A stretch of DNA of 64,000 nt, taken from NCBI GenBank assembly GCA_002440745.1, contig DJVB01000046.1, positions 14,593 to 78,592 of the forward strand, read 5' to 3'. The notes below the pieces were generated by a model, which saw only the letters and a list, made by a program, of their open reading frames with translations, did no database searches and was not told the origin of the DNA. The position numbers and the translations under genes are program-made. Every line of letters starts with the position of its first letter. The stretch's first letter is position 1. Of this stretch, positions 28,655 through 36,866 are shown one piece after another. The stretch comes from Bacteroidales bacterium UBA6267 (GTDB lineage: Bacteria; Bacteroidota; Bacteroidia; Bacteroidales; UBA1556).

Positions 28655-29080
28655 TCACTGTTCTTCAATGTTTTGAATGTTTGAATGTATTATTTCTTCA
28701 GTAAGACCGGCATCCTTAGTTTGTTGGAAACTAATTGCACTGCTATTTGGCAAAAAACGCCAGGCAATAATTTCATTTTCCCTTTTAATCTCCTCTATAA
28801 TAACACCGTACTTAATAGTTTTGTTGTTCAAAGTGATTTTCACTGCTTTTTTAAAAAACCTCCAATAAACAGTATAAGGATCAATGTTTTGCCTTCGCGG
28901 GGATAAAGAATAGCCAAACAGTGACAAAACCTGATTGACTTTATTTAGCTGAACAGATTCTTTACCGCGTTCCAATTCACGAATAAACCGGATTCCAACC
29001 CCCGCTGTTTTTGCAAATTCTTCTTGAGTCAAATTTAGCCTTTTGCGTTGATACTTTATAAAAGATGATATTTCATTCAT
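28655..29080 (-). CDS. XRE-family HTH regulator with C-terminal extension (HipB-like)
   Basis: HTH 'LNLTQEEFAKTAGVGIRFIRELERGKESVQLNKVNQVLSLFG'. The start is placed at the ATG at 29080 (MNEISSF...), because a TATATTTG -7 box lies inside the longer ORF-track start. The stop TGA is 1 nt from the hipS-like ATG. Confidence 0.75.
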   Translation of the reverse strand: MNEISSFIKYQRKRLNLTQEEFAKTAGVGIRFIRELERGKESVQLNKVNQVLSLFGYSLSPRRQNIDPYTVYWRFFKKAVKITLNNKTIKYGVIIEEIKRENEIIAWRFLPNSSAISFQQTKDAGLTEEIIHSNIQNIEEQ

Positions 29081-29088
29081 AAATCTAT

Positions 29089-29180
29089 ACCTTTTCGGGT
29101 GCAAATATACCACATTTTTATAAATTAATACCGAACGGGTGTAATTTATTAATATTTAAACAAATTATCACCGAACGGGT
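29089..29180. promoter_or_regulatory. three 40-bp-phased ACC-N5/6-GGGT boxes plus a -7 box (TATATTTG, minus strand, 29102-29109): putative hip operator/promoter
   Basis: 'accttttcgggt' at 29089-29100, 'accgaacgggt' at 29130-29140, and 'accgaacgggt' at 29170-29180. The CGGGT ends fall at 29100, 29140 and 29180. Confidence 0.5.
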
Positions 29181-29343
29181 ATATTTTTGGTAAATTAATA
29201 TCACCCCTTCCGGATTGGTTTGGTACTGCGGGATTTCTTAACGTTTTCTCTAATATCTTGATTTTTAGTGGTTTCAAAATCCACAGGAGTGACTATAAGA
29301 AGCATTTTCACCTCCATTTCTGACTATTCTTGGCTTAATCTTT

Positions 29344-29832
29344 TCAATTGGATTTACTATATTTCTCCATTATTTTGATTAGTGATTCATTCTTAGAATC
29401 CTCCTTTACACAATTCAAATAGAGTTCAAAATAAGTTTTTGCTTTTTGGTAATCCTTTAAATAGATATATGTCCACACTATCCAATCGAAAGATCTCGCT
29501 TTTAATTCCTCAGAAAGCTCAGCACTTTTGAGCAAATAGAAAATAGATTTTAGAAGCATTGTAGAATCTTTTTTGATCACATAACCATAGTAATGCAACG
29601 CAACTCCATAATCATAATAAAACTCGACAAGCCCCGTATCTATCTGTGATTCATCAATTTGACTCAATTGTTCATAAGTAAAAACAATGTTATCGCTATT
29701 TATTATCGCACAACTTAAAGTGTGAACCGAATCTCGAACCTTTAAGTAATTCATCTTCGATTGCCCATTTAACAAACCTGTTATCACAACAAGCCAAACA
29801 AGAATCAAAAGTTTAAATAATGTATTTTTCAT
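29344..29832 (-). CDS. hypothetical secreted protein (TPR-like helical)
   Basis: 162-aa ORF with signal peptide MKNTLFKLLILVWLVVITGLLNGQ. Helical repeats rich in Tyr/Leu. Confidence 0.4.
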   Translation of the reverse strand: MKNTLFKLLILVWLVVITGLLNGQSKMNYLKVRDSVHTLSCAIINSDNIVFTYEQLSQIDESQIDTGLVEFYYDYGVALHYYGYVIKKDSTMLLKSIFYLLKSAELSEELKARSFDWIVWTYIYLKDYQKAKTYFELYLNCVKEDSKNESLIKIMEKYSKSN

Positions 29833-29976
29833 GTGTTTACTTCAAATTGTTTAATACTAAGGTCTCCCGTCCAAATAGCTATCGGAATCGGGAGGTTCAG
29901 ATAAATATCGGAATCGCCAACGAAAAAAAATCATTTTCTGTAGGTTTGAATATTTATTCTTATGGTTCATTTCATC

Positions 29977-30405
29977 TTATTCAATCCTCAACTTCAGTAC
30001 GCCGGCTTTAATTTTAAAAAGCTTGTATTGGGATGTAGTTTTTTGCCATTCTTCTTCAATCCAATGTCCGTGTTTTTTCAGAATCTGAATCACTTCTTGC
30101 GGGTCTTCTGCCGAAATCATCACAGGAATAAAATGTTGGTTGATTCGTCTGATATTTGGCCCAAATTGCCTCGATATTAACACATTAACGCTTTCATTTT
30201 TCAGCAGTTGTATGATTGCCTCGGCTTTGCTTTGATCGCCATGATTATCCTCCGAGTGCATATCCTTGTGGGGATTTGGAATTTTTTTCATGAATTCGAT
30301 TTTCTCCGAATCACAACTGTAAACAACAAAGAAATCAGCATCTCCAAAATGGGCATTTGGAAACTGATTTTCAGTATCTAAAGAAAAAGCACATTGTAAC
30401 GACAT
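29977..30405 (-). CDS. NifB/NifX-family (dinitrogenase FeMo-cofactor-binding-like) small protein
   Basis: 142 aa. 'AHFGDADFFVVY', '...KAEAIIQLLKNESVNVLISRQFGPN' and 'HFIPVM' fit the Nitro_FeMo-Co fold pattern (HFG...F, then a Rossmann-like G...). Confidence 0.45.
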   Translation of the reverse strand: MSLQCAFSLDTENQFPNAHFGDADFFVVYSCDSEKIEFMKKIPNPHKDMHSEDNHGDQSKAEAIIQLLKNESVNVLISRQFGPNIRRINQHFIPVMISAEDPQEVIQILKKHGHWIEEEWQKTTSQYKLFKIKAGVLKLRIE

Positions 30406-30552
30406 ATATAGAATTTTATGATTTATCTTGATTCTTCCTCTCTCAAGAGTTTGATTTACACGACAAAGATAAGAATCCTAACTCATAAATCGGATATAAT
30501 TAAGGCCGTCTTATTTAGAATGAGTTTTGATTTGTTTTATTGAAAAAACTCC

Positions 30553-30792
30553 GGCGAAGGGGCGATTGTGCGAACAGGCGATTGGGCGAGGGTACGATTG
30601 GACGATGGTTTGATTGGACGAGAGTACGAAAGGACGAGGGTACGAAAGGATGATGGGGCGATTGTGCGAAGGGGCGATTGTGCGAACGGGCGATTGTGCG
30701 AACGGGCGATTGTGCGAGGGTACGATGGGACGATTGGACGATGGTTTGATTGGACGAGAGTATGAGGGTACGAAAGGACGAGGGTATGAAAG
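30553..30792. repeat. perfectly phased octanucleotide tandem array C (30 units, consensus KRCGANNG)
   Basis: Hand-phased from 30553: ggcgaagg ggcgattg tgcgaaca ggcgattg ggcgaggg tacgattg gacgatgg tttgattg gacgagag tacgaaag gacgaggg tacgaaag gatgatgg ggcgattg tgcgaagg ggcgattg tgcgaacg ggcgattg tgcgaacg ggcgattg tgcgaggg tacgatgg gacgattg gacgatgg tttgattg gacgagag tatgaggg tacgaaag gacgaggg tatgaaag. There is no indel. G4 and A5 are invariant, and G8 is present in 29 of 30 units. Confidence 0.92.
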
Positions 30793-30924
30793 TGCAATTC
30801 CTGCTTGGTGATTGGGGCTATGCTATCGGAAAATAACGAACAACGAATTTCCAATTCTCCTCCCTGCCACTGTTCATGAACTAAATTCCAAAAAATCTAA
30901 TCTTAAAAAATCTGTAAACTCACC

Positions 30925-32139
30925 CTACTTAATGATCCAATACTCAGGATTTTGTGGGGTGTTGGTCTTGGTTGACCATAGTTCAAAATGCAGGATGGTT
31001 TCGCCGGTTTCGTTAGATGTACCCACCAAGCCAAGCTCTTCTTTTGTGTTCACTTTTTGCCCTTCCACAACATAAACTTCCGAAAGATTGCTATAAACCG
31101 TAAAATAGCTTCCATGTTGAATTAAAACAGCTTTGAAGCGGCCTAACTGTATTATTCTCACTACCTTTCCCTCAAATACTGCACGAGCGCGAGCCATTTT
31201 TTCGGTACGAATATCCAATCCTTTATTATCCACAGTCACATGCAATTCGGGATGCGGATGCGACCCAAACGAGCTGATAATTTGACCACGCTCCAACGGC
31301 CACGGCAGTTTGCCTTTATTGCCTGCAAAACTCTCTGCAAGCAGTTTTTCTTCAGGAGTCATTGGCAACCTTCCGGCCGCTTTATCTGCTTTTCCGGCCT
31401 TTTTCATTTGAGCTTCAATGATTTTCTTAATCTCATCGTTTAACTTTTGCCATTCCTTTTGCTTTTGTGACAACTGCTGCTTCAGCTCTTTTTCCTTCTG
31501 CGAAATTTGTTTGACGGCAACCTCCTTGCGGCTCTTGTCGTGCATCAGATTCGAGGCCTCTTTCTCTTTAGAAGTCATCAAATCGGTGCGGTCTTGCTTG
31601 ATTCGCTCCAATGCTGCTATTCTTTGGGTGAGCTCCGCCTCCTTATTCACAATATTTTTCGCTGCTTCCTGACGCGCTTCCCCGACGGCTCGAAGATATT
31701 TGATTCGATTATACGCCTGATAAAAGTCGCTTGACGAAAAAACATACATCCATTGGTCGGCGGCATTTCTCGATTTATAGGTCTGATAAATCAATTTACC
31801 ATATTCTTCTTTCAACTTTTTCAAAGAAGCCTCAAGCTCTTCTATTTGTTTCTTAGCCAGACCAATTTCATTATTTGCCTGATTTATCTCACGGTTATAA
31901 ACTTCAATCAACTCTTGTCGGCTCTTGATTTGTTTGTTCAACAAGCTGATTTCGCTAATCGATACTTTCTTTTGGTTTTCGGTTTCTTTCAGAAGTTTTC
32001 GGGTATAGCCAATCTCCTTTTCCAAATTGCGTTTCGATTTTTCTAAAGCAGTTTTGTTTTGGCTCCAAACCGACGAAGGGAAAAGCAGTCCGATAAACAG
32101 GCTAACCAATAACAAATATTTTCCGTTTAGTATCATCAT
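30925..32139 (-). CDS. murein hydrolase activator EnvC-like (coiled coil plus degenerate M23/LytM domain)
   Basis: 404 aa. Signal peptide, a long Lys/Glu/Gln-rich coiled coil, and a C-terminal LytM fold ('GLDIRT...VLIQHGSYFTVYSNL...ILHFELW'). Confidence 0.8.
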   Translation of the reverse strand: MMILNGKYLLLVSLFIGLLFPSSVWSQNKTALEKSKRNLEKEIGYTRKLLKETENQKKVSISEISLLNKQIKSRQELIEVYNREINQANNEIGLAKKQIEELEASLKKLKEEYGKLIYQTYKSRNAADQWMYVFSSSDFYQAYNRIKYLRAVGEARQEAAKNIVNKEAELTQRIAALERIKQDRTDLMTSKEKEASNLMHDKSRKEVAVKQISQKEKELKQQLSQKQKEWQKLNDEIKKIIEAQMKKAGKADKAAGRLPMTPEEKLLAESFAGNKGKLPWPLERGQIISSFGSHPHPELHVTVDNKGLDIRTEKMARARAVFEGKVVRIIQLGRFKAVLIQHGSYFTVYSNLSEVYVVEGQKVNTKEELGLVGTSNETGETILHFELWSTKTNTPQNPEYWIIK

Positions 32140-32345
32140 GCCAATTGATTGTAAAATCCAGATTTATCAAGTAAAAATAATTCTCAAAAGAATTGAAAAT
32201 TATACGATTAAACGAATTAATAAACAATAAATTGTTGAAATAAGCTTGAGGCAAAATAATTACTATTCACGTGATTCGATTTTACCCTCGGTTATAGTAA
32301 TAAGAAACAAACAGTTAATACAAACCGACTTGCTTTAATCGCTCA

Positions 32346-33182
32346 TCAAAAAGTTTGCAAGGTATAACTTTCAGGAATCTTAAACGGGAAGCTTACTTCG
32401 GTGTTTTTTTCGATTTTGGTAAATTTAAAATCTAACGATAACTCTTTCACGCCAATGAATTTAAAAGCAATTTCAGTAGGGAAAAGTCCGGCGTGGTTTT
32501 CAAAATTGCTATAAACAGCCTCCACTTTCTTATTTGGATTTCGGACTTGTTTGAGGTCCTGCTCAAGGATTCGCAACGAGCTTTTGTCCAATTTTATTTT
32601 CTGAATCAACACCTTAGATAAGTCATCGTCAGATTTTACATATTGTTTCAATTTATGCCTTCCGATGGTGTTAAGCACAAAAAATTCAGGTCTGATTTCA
32701 AGATTAAATTTATCGGTTTCGTAATAAGGAATGTCGTTTCCGAGAATCAAAGCTTGCAGCATATCGAAGTCAATATCGGTGTTCAGATTATAATTGATAT
32801 ACCGAAAATCCGTAAGAAAATACTTACGACTCAGGCGATTAATCATTTTCACTGTATCGGGAGTTACCATAACACGCGCCACTTCAATATTCATTACGGT
32901 GATACTGCACCAAATCAAGCTGTCGTTTAATAAGCGCATTTGCCCGTTGAAATTTTGCTTTGTTCCTTCGTAATTATAAATCCCGCTGAAACGCGCTACT
33001 AATGTTTCATATTCAAATTCGGCAGCTTTCATGGAGTTAAACACACTGTCCACACGGCTGAGCTTTACCTCGCTGCGTTTCGGTGTTTCCGGTTTGCGGC
33101 TTTTACAAGCAGAAAAAAATAGTAAAACGATTGCTAAAAATAAAATAGGCTTCCAAAAATGAAACCTCGGTTGAAAACTCAT
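32346..33182 (-). CDS. DUF4292-like lipoprotein
   Basis: 278 aa. Lipobox 'LLFFSACKSRK'. Its position between a TPR lipoprotein and an EnvC-like gene matches a cluster I recall as conserved in Bacteroidota. 4-nt ATGA overlap with the upstream gene. Confidence 0.5.
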   Translation of the reverse strand: MSFQPRFHFWKPILFLAIVLLFFSACKSRKPETPKRSEVKLSRVDSVFNSMKAAEFEYETLVARFSGIYNYEGTKQNFNGQMRLLNDSLIWCSITVMNIEVARVMVTPDTVKMINRLSRKYFLTDFRYINYNLNTDIDFDMLQALILGNDIPYYETDKFNLEIRPEFFVLNTIGRHKLKQYVKSDDDLSKVLIQKIKLDKSSLRILEQDLKQVRNPNKKVEAVYSNFENHAGLFPTEIAFKFIGVKELSLDFKFTKIEKNTEVSFPFKIPESYTLQTF

Positions 33183-34840
33183 TTGTCGTTAATTTTAAGA
33201 ATATTGTTTAAACGGATTATTTCAGGATTGTTAGAATCGACAATTAAACCCTTTTCAATCCAGTATTTAGCCTCTTTCCATTGATTATCAAGAATATAAA
33301 ACTCGGCAAGTGTGGCGATATAATTTGCATTTCGCAAGTTTAGTTCAACAGCGTTTTTGGCTAAACTATAAGCACGATCTTTATCTTTCTTCTTGTGATA
33401 GAGATGCTTAGCATACGCATTTAGGGCCTGACCATTATTCGGGTCTGCCATAAGTGCCTTTTCAAAACTCACTTCGGCTTCCGGATGTCGTTGCAGCGAA
33501 TCACGAATCATGCCCATAAGTGTATAAATTTCAACCTTTTGCTCGTTTTTATACACGAAACTTAGCCCCAGATTTAACGAAGCTTCGGCCTCTTGATAAT
33601 TCCCAAGCTTATATTGCGACAGTCCGTTAAAATAATATATTTCAGACTGTTGCGGAAATAATTCCATGGCGCGGCGAGCATAAGACTGCATGGTTTTGTA
33701 GTCCTCCAAATCACGACTTAAAAGCACCACTTGTTTCCATATCGGGTAACGAGTCGAATCAATAGAAATGACTCTACGATATAGTTTTACGGCTTCGGAA
33801 TAAGCACTATCACGAACCAAATAGTCGGCCTTCATGGTGAGGGCTTTGGGATCGTTAGGGTTTGCTTCAACCAACATGCCTAAAAGAGTGTCCGACTGAC
33901 TTCTGAGCTTTTCATTTTCCGGATATTTATCCAATAAAGCATACAGATTCACCATAATTTCGATCTTCTCATCAATGTCCAATCCTTTGCTCTGCATAGC
34001 TTTTTTTGTTTCGGCATACGACCTCTCAGGCTGATTTTGCGAAGCATACCACGATGCTAACACTACATGTATTTTACCATCTTCAGGATTGATTTCCAAC
34101 ACTTTATTATAAAATTCAATAGCTTTTTCAGTTTGGCCGTTGCGCATATAAATATCGGCAATGACTCCATAATATCGCTCATTTTGTGGATATTTCTGAA
34201 TCAGTTTTTCCATTTCAGCAATTGCTTCCTTGGGCTTTCCGGCTTTTAAGTATAAATCTTTTCGCTTTAAAGCAATATCAGGATTTTCGCCAAACTTACT
34301 CTCAATCAGGTTATAAGCTTTAATAGACTTGGCCAAATTACCTGTACGAAGATTTGCGTTCACCAAACGGTAATAGTTGATTTGGTCGTCAGGAAACTTT
34401 TCAACCAACGCTTCGCAAATGTCCAACGACTTCTTATATTGCTTGTTTTCAACATAGATCTGCGAAAGATTTATCATCACCCACGAGTTGTTTGGAGCTA
34501 GTTTATAAGCTTTCTCGCCAAACTCCAAAGCTTTGGCCGGCTCCTTTTGTTGCAAAAGTCTTGAAAGCTCGTAATAGGCCGCAAAATGTTTGGGATTATT
34601 TTTAACGATTTGATTATAAGCATTTAAAGCACCTTCATAATCTCCTTTCCAAAAAAGCCGTTTGGCTTCAATAAAAACCGCCGAATTTCGATAGTCATCT
34701 TCAGTAACCGCCTGGCTATCTGCATTTTTCGCAGTAGTTGAGCGACTTAGACCACAACTTGTCAGGAGGCTGAGAATTAAAAACAAAAAGGCGATATGAT
34801 TTCCGAGTCTCTTCAAGCTAATCAATTGTTGAATAATCAC
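33179..34840 (-). CDS. tetratricopeptide-repeat lipoprotein
   Basis: 553 aa. Lipobox 'SLLTSCG' and more than 10 TPR-like units (e.g. 'AIEFYNKVLEINPEDGKIHVVLASWY'). The ORF-track start is a GTG, so the exact start is uncertain. Confidence 0.8.
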   Translation of the reverse strand: MIIQQLISLKRLGNHIAFLFLILSLLTSCGLSRSTTAKNADSQAVTEDDYRNSAVFIEAKRLFWKGDYEGALNAYNQIVKNNPKHFAAYYELSRLLQQKEPAKALEFGEKAYKLAPNNSWVMINLSQIYVENKQYKKSLDICEALVEKFPDDQINYYRLVNANLRTGNLAKSIKAYNLIESKFGENPDIALKRKDLYLKAGKPKEAIAEMEKLIQKYPQNERYYGVIADIYMRNGQTEKAIEFYNKVLEINPEDGKIHVVLASWYASQNQPERSYAETKKAMQSKGLDIDEKIEIMVNLYALLDKYPENEKLRSQSDTLLGMLVEANPNDPKALTMKADYLVRDSAYSEAVKLYRRVISIDSTRYPIWKQVVLLSRDLEDYKTMQSYARRAMELFPQQSEIYYFNGLSQYKLGNYQEAEASLNLGLSFVYKNEQKVEIYTLMGMIRDSLQRHPEAEVSFEKALMADPNNGQALNAYAKHLYHKKKDKDRAYSLAKNAVELNLRNANYIATLAEFYILDNQWKEAKYWIEKGLIVDSNNPEIIRLNNILKINDK

Positions 34841-35819
34841 TTAAGCTAAGTTGATGAGGCTTGCCATTTACCTCGGCGTATTGGCCAAGCATGGAATTGG
34901 TCAGGTGAGCCTTAGTAATCTTGCAACCTTCCTGCAAAATGGAATTTTCCACAAGCGAATTTCGAATTTCACAACCGTTGCCTATGGAAGCAAAGGGCCC
35001 GATAATGCTATTTTCGATTAGAACATTTTCGCCAATGAAACAAGGTTCAATGACGATAGAGTTATTGGTTGTCAATGTTTTAGAAATATAATTCGGGTCG
35101 AAATCGTTTACCAAAATCCGCTGATTGGTATAAACCGTTGCATCTTTATTACCGCAATCGAGCCATTCTCTAACCGCTCCGGTATAAAACTTCAGCCCTT
35201 TATTTTTCATATTTTCCAAGGCATCCGTAAGTTGAAATTCGCCACCTTTTGAAATATTATTATCGATAAGAAACTGCAACTCATTCTTCAAATTTTGGCC
35301 ATCGCGGAAATAATAAATTCCGATAATAGCTTCATCCGAGACAAATTCCTTAGGTTTCTCCACAAAGTCGGTGATGATTCCGTTAGCATCTTTTTTAACA
35401 ACGCCAAAAGCATTAGGATTATTCACTTTTTGAACCCAAATTATGCTGTCTTTTTCGGTGTCGAGTACAAAATCTGCCTTAAAAAGCGTGTCGGCAAAAG
35501 CAACAATCACCTCACCGTCAAGGATTTGCTCAGCGCATAAAACTGCATGAGCCGTACCGAGAGCCACTTCTTGATAAACAATATGTCCTTTTGCGCCAAG
35601 ATTTTCGGCAATGGCCAACAAATCTTCTTCAACCTTTTGCCCGAAATGTCCGGTAACAAAAGCAATCTCTTCAATTTGCTGTCCAACCACTTTTCCGATT
35701 TCTTCAACTAATCGCATTACGATTGGTTTTCCGGCTACATGTATTAGAGGTTTTGGAATAGTCAAAGTATGTGGCCTCATTCGTTTCCCCATTCCGGCCA
35801 TTGGTATTATTAACTTCAT
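34818..35819 (-). CDS. sugar-phosphate nucleotidyltransferase with C-terminal left-handed beta-helix
   Basis: Start taken at the ATG at 35819 (MKLIIPMAGMGKRMRPHTLTIPKPL, the canonical G-x-G-x-R-x-n-K NTP-transferase loop). C-terminal hexapeptide-repeat-like region. Confidence 0.8.
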   Translation of the reverse strand: MKLIIPMAGMGKRMRPHTLTIPKPLIHVAGKPIVMRLVEEIGKVVGQQIEEIAFVTGHFGQKVEEDLLAIAENLGAKGHIVYQEVALGTAHAVLCAEQILDGEVIVAFADTLFKADFVLDTEKDSIIWVQKVNNPNAFGVVKKDANGIITDFVEKPKEFVSDEAIIGIYYFRDGQNLKNELQFLIDNNISKGGEFQLTDALENMKNKGLKFYTGAVREWLDCGNKDATVYTNQRILVNDFDPNYISKTLTTNNSIVIEPCFIGENVLIENSIIGPFASIGNGCEIRNSLVENSILQEGCKITKAHLTNSMLGQYAEVNGKPHQLSLSDYSTID

Positions 35820-35847
35820 AATATTCAAATATTTAATTAGTAAAAAA

Positions 35848-36279
35848 CTAAATTCCGGTATGACCAAATCCACCCGCACCACGCTCCGAATCGTTAAGAT
35901 TTTCGGTAAGCTCCCACTGAGCCTGTTCGTGGCTTGCAATAATCATTTGTGCAATTCTGTCGCCGCTGTTTATGGTAAAATCTTCGCTGGAAAGATTAAT
36001 GAGTATGACCATAATTTCACCGCGATAATCGGCATCAATAGTGCCCGGCGTGTTGAGTACGGTGATGCCTTTTTTAATAGCCAAACCGCTTCGAGGTCTC
36101 ACTTGAGCCTCGTATCCGATGGGTAATTCGATGAATAAACCGGTAGGAATCAGGGTCCTTTCCAAAGGTTTGAGGGTGACAGGTTGAGCCAAAAAAGCTT
36201 GCAAATCAACACCGGCAGAGGCAGTTGTTGCATAGGCCGGCAGCGGATTATTGGATTTGTTTACAATGCGAATCTTCAT
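35848..36279 (-). CDS. dut: dUTP diphosphatase
   Basis: 143 aa. 'SAGVDL', 'RPRSGLA' and '[11 protein letters not shown]' are canonical dUTPase motifs. Confidence 0.95.
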   Translation of the reverse strand: MKIRIVNKSNNPLPAYATTASAGVDLQAFLAQPVTLKPLERTLIPTGLFIELPIGYEAQVRPRSGLAIKKGITVLNTPGTIDADYRGEIMVILINLSSEDFTINSGDRIAQMIIASHEQAQWELTENLNDSERGAGGFGHTGI

Positions 36280-36342
36280 AATCTTTAGAATAGGTGTTTC
36301 GGTGGCAAAAGTATGGTTTTTAATCGAAGCCTGACCATAAAA

Positions 36343-36768
36343 TCAAGAATTCAATGCCGTTTCCAATTCCTTGATATAAGCTTTTTTTGGTTTAACTCCA
36401 ATTAGTTTAGCAACAGCTTTTCCATCTTTAAAAATGATTACAGTCGGAATATTTCTAATGCCTAATTGCTGAGCAGTCAGCTGGTTATGCTCCACGTCGA
36501 GTTTGGCAATTGTGGCACGATTGCTCATCTCGTCTGCGATTTCACTGATAACCGGCCCCAATATTTTACATGGCTGACACCATTCGGCCCAAAAATCGAC
36601 CATAACTACCCCATGTGATGTTTTAGATTTGAAATTTTTATCATTCAAAATCACCAATTTCTCAGATGGGCTGGCATTCATCGAAGCCAGAATTGTTTTG
36701 TATCTACTGTAAAACCAAACAATTGCAATCAGAAAAACTCCAATTCCTAACCAAATATATATATTCAT
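36343..36768 (-). CDS. membrane-anchored thioredoxin-family protein
   Basis: 141 aa. N-terminal TM helix, then a thioredoxin fold with active site 'WAEWCQPCK' (Gln in place of the usual Gly). Confidence 0.85.
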   Translation of the reverse strand: MNIYIWLGIGVFLIAIVWFYSRYKTILASMNASPSEKLVILNDKNFKSKTSHGVVMVDFWAEWCQPCKILGPVISEIADEMSNRATIAKLDVEHNQLTAQQLGIRNIPTVIIFKDGKAVAKLIGVKPKKAYIKELETALNS

Positions 36769-36866
36769 AACTATATGTTTAAATTGGGGGCAAAAGTCAA
36801 AAAAATATTTCTTTTAATCCCTTCGACTATTGTTAATTTTATGTAATCACTTCACCAAATAAGGCC

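Noticed and set aside
30537-30854. ORFs of 65-105 aa on both strands across the octamer array (e.g. 30537..30854 minus, 30568..30765 plus)
   Set aside because: They exist only because the low-complexity 8-nt repeat lacks stop codons. An 8-nt period is incompatible with coding. The translated sequences are repetitive nonsense, and no start context is present.
35611-36126. 171-aa plus-strand ORF
   Set aside because: It is antisense to dut and the nucleotidyltransferase gene, both of which have strong motif support. It is a typical shadow ORF.
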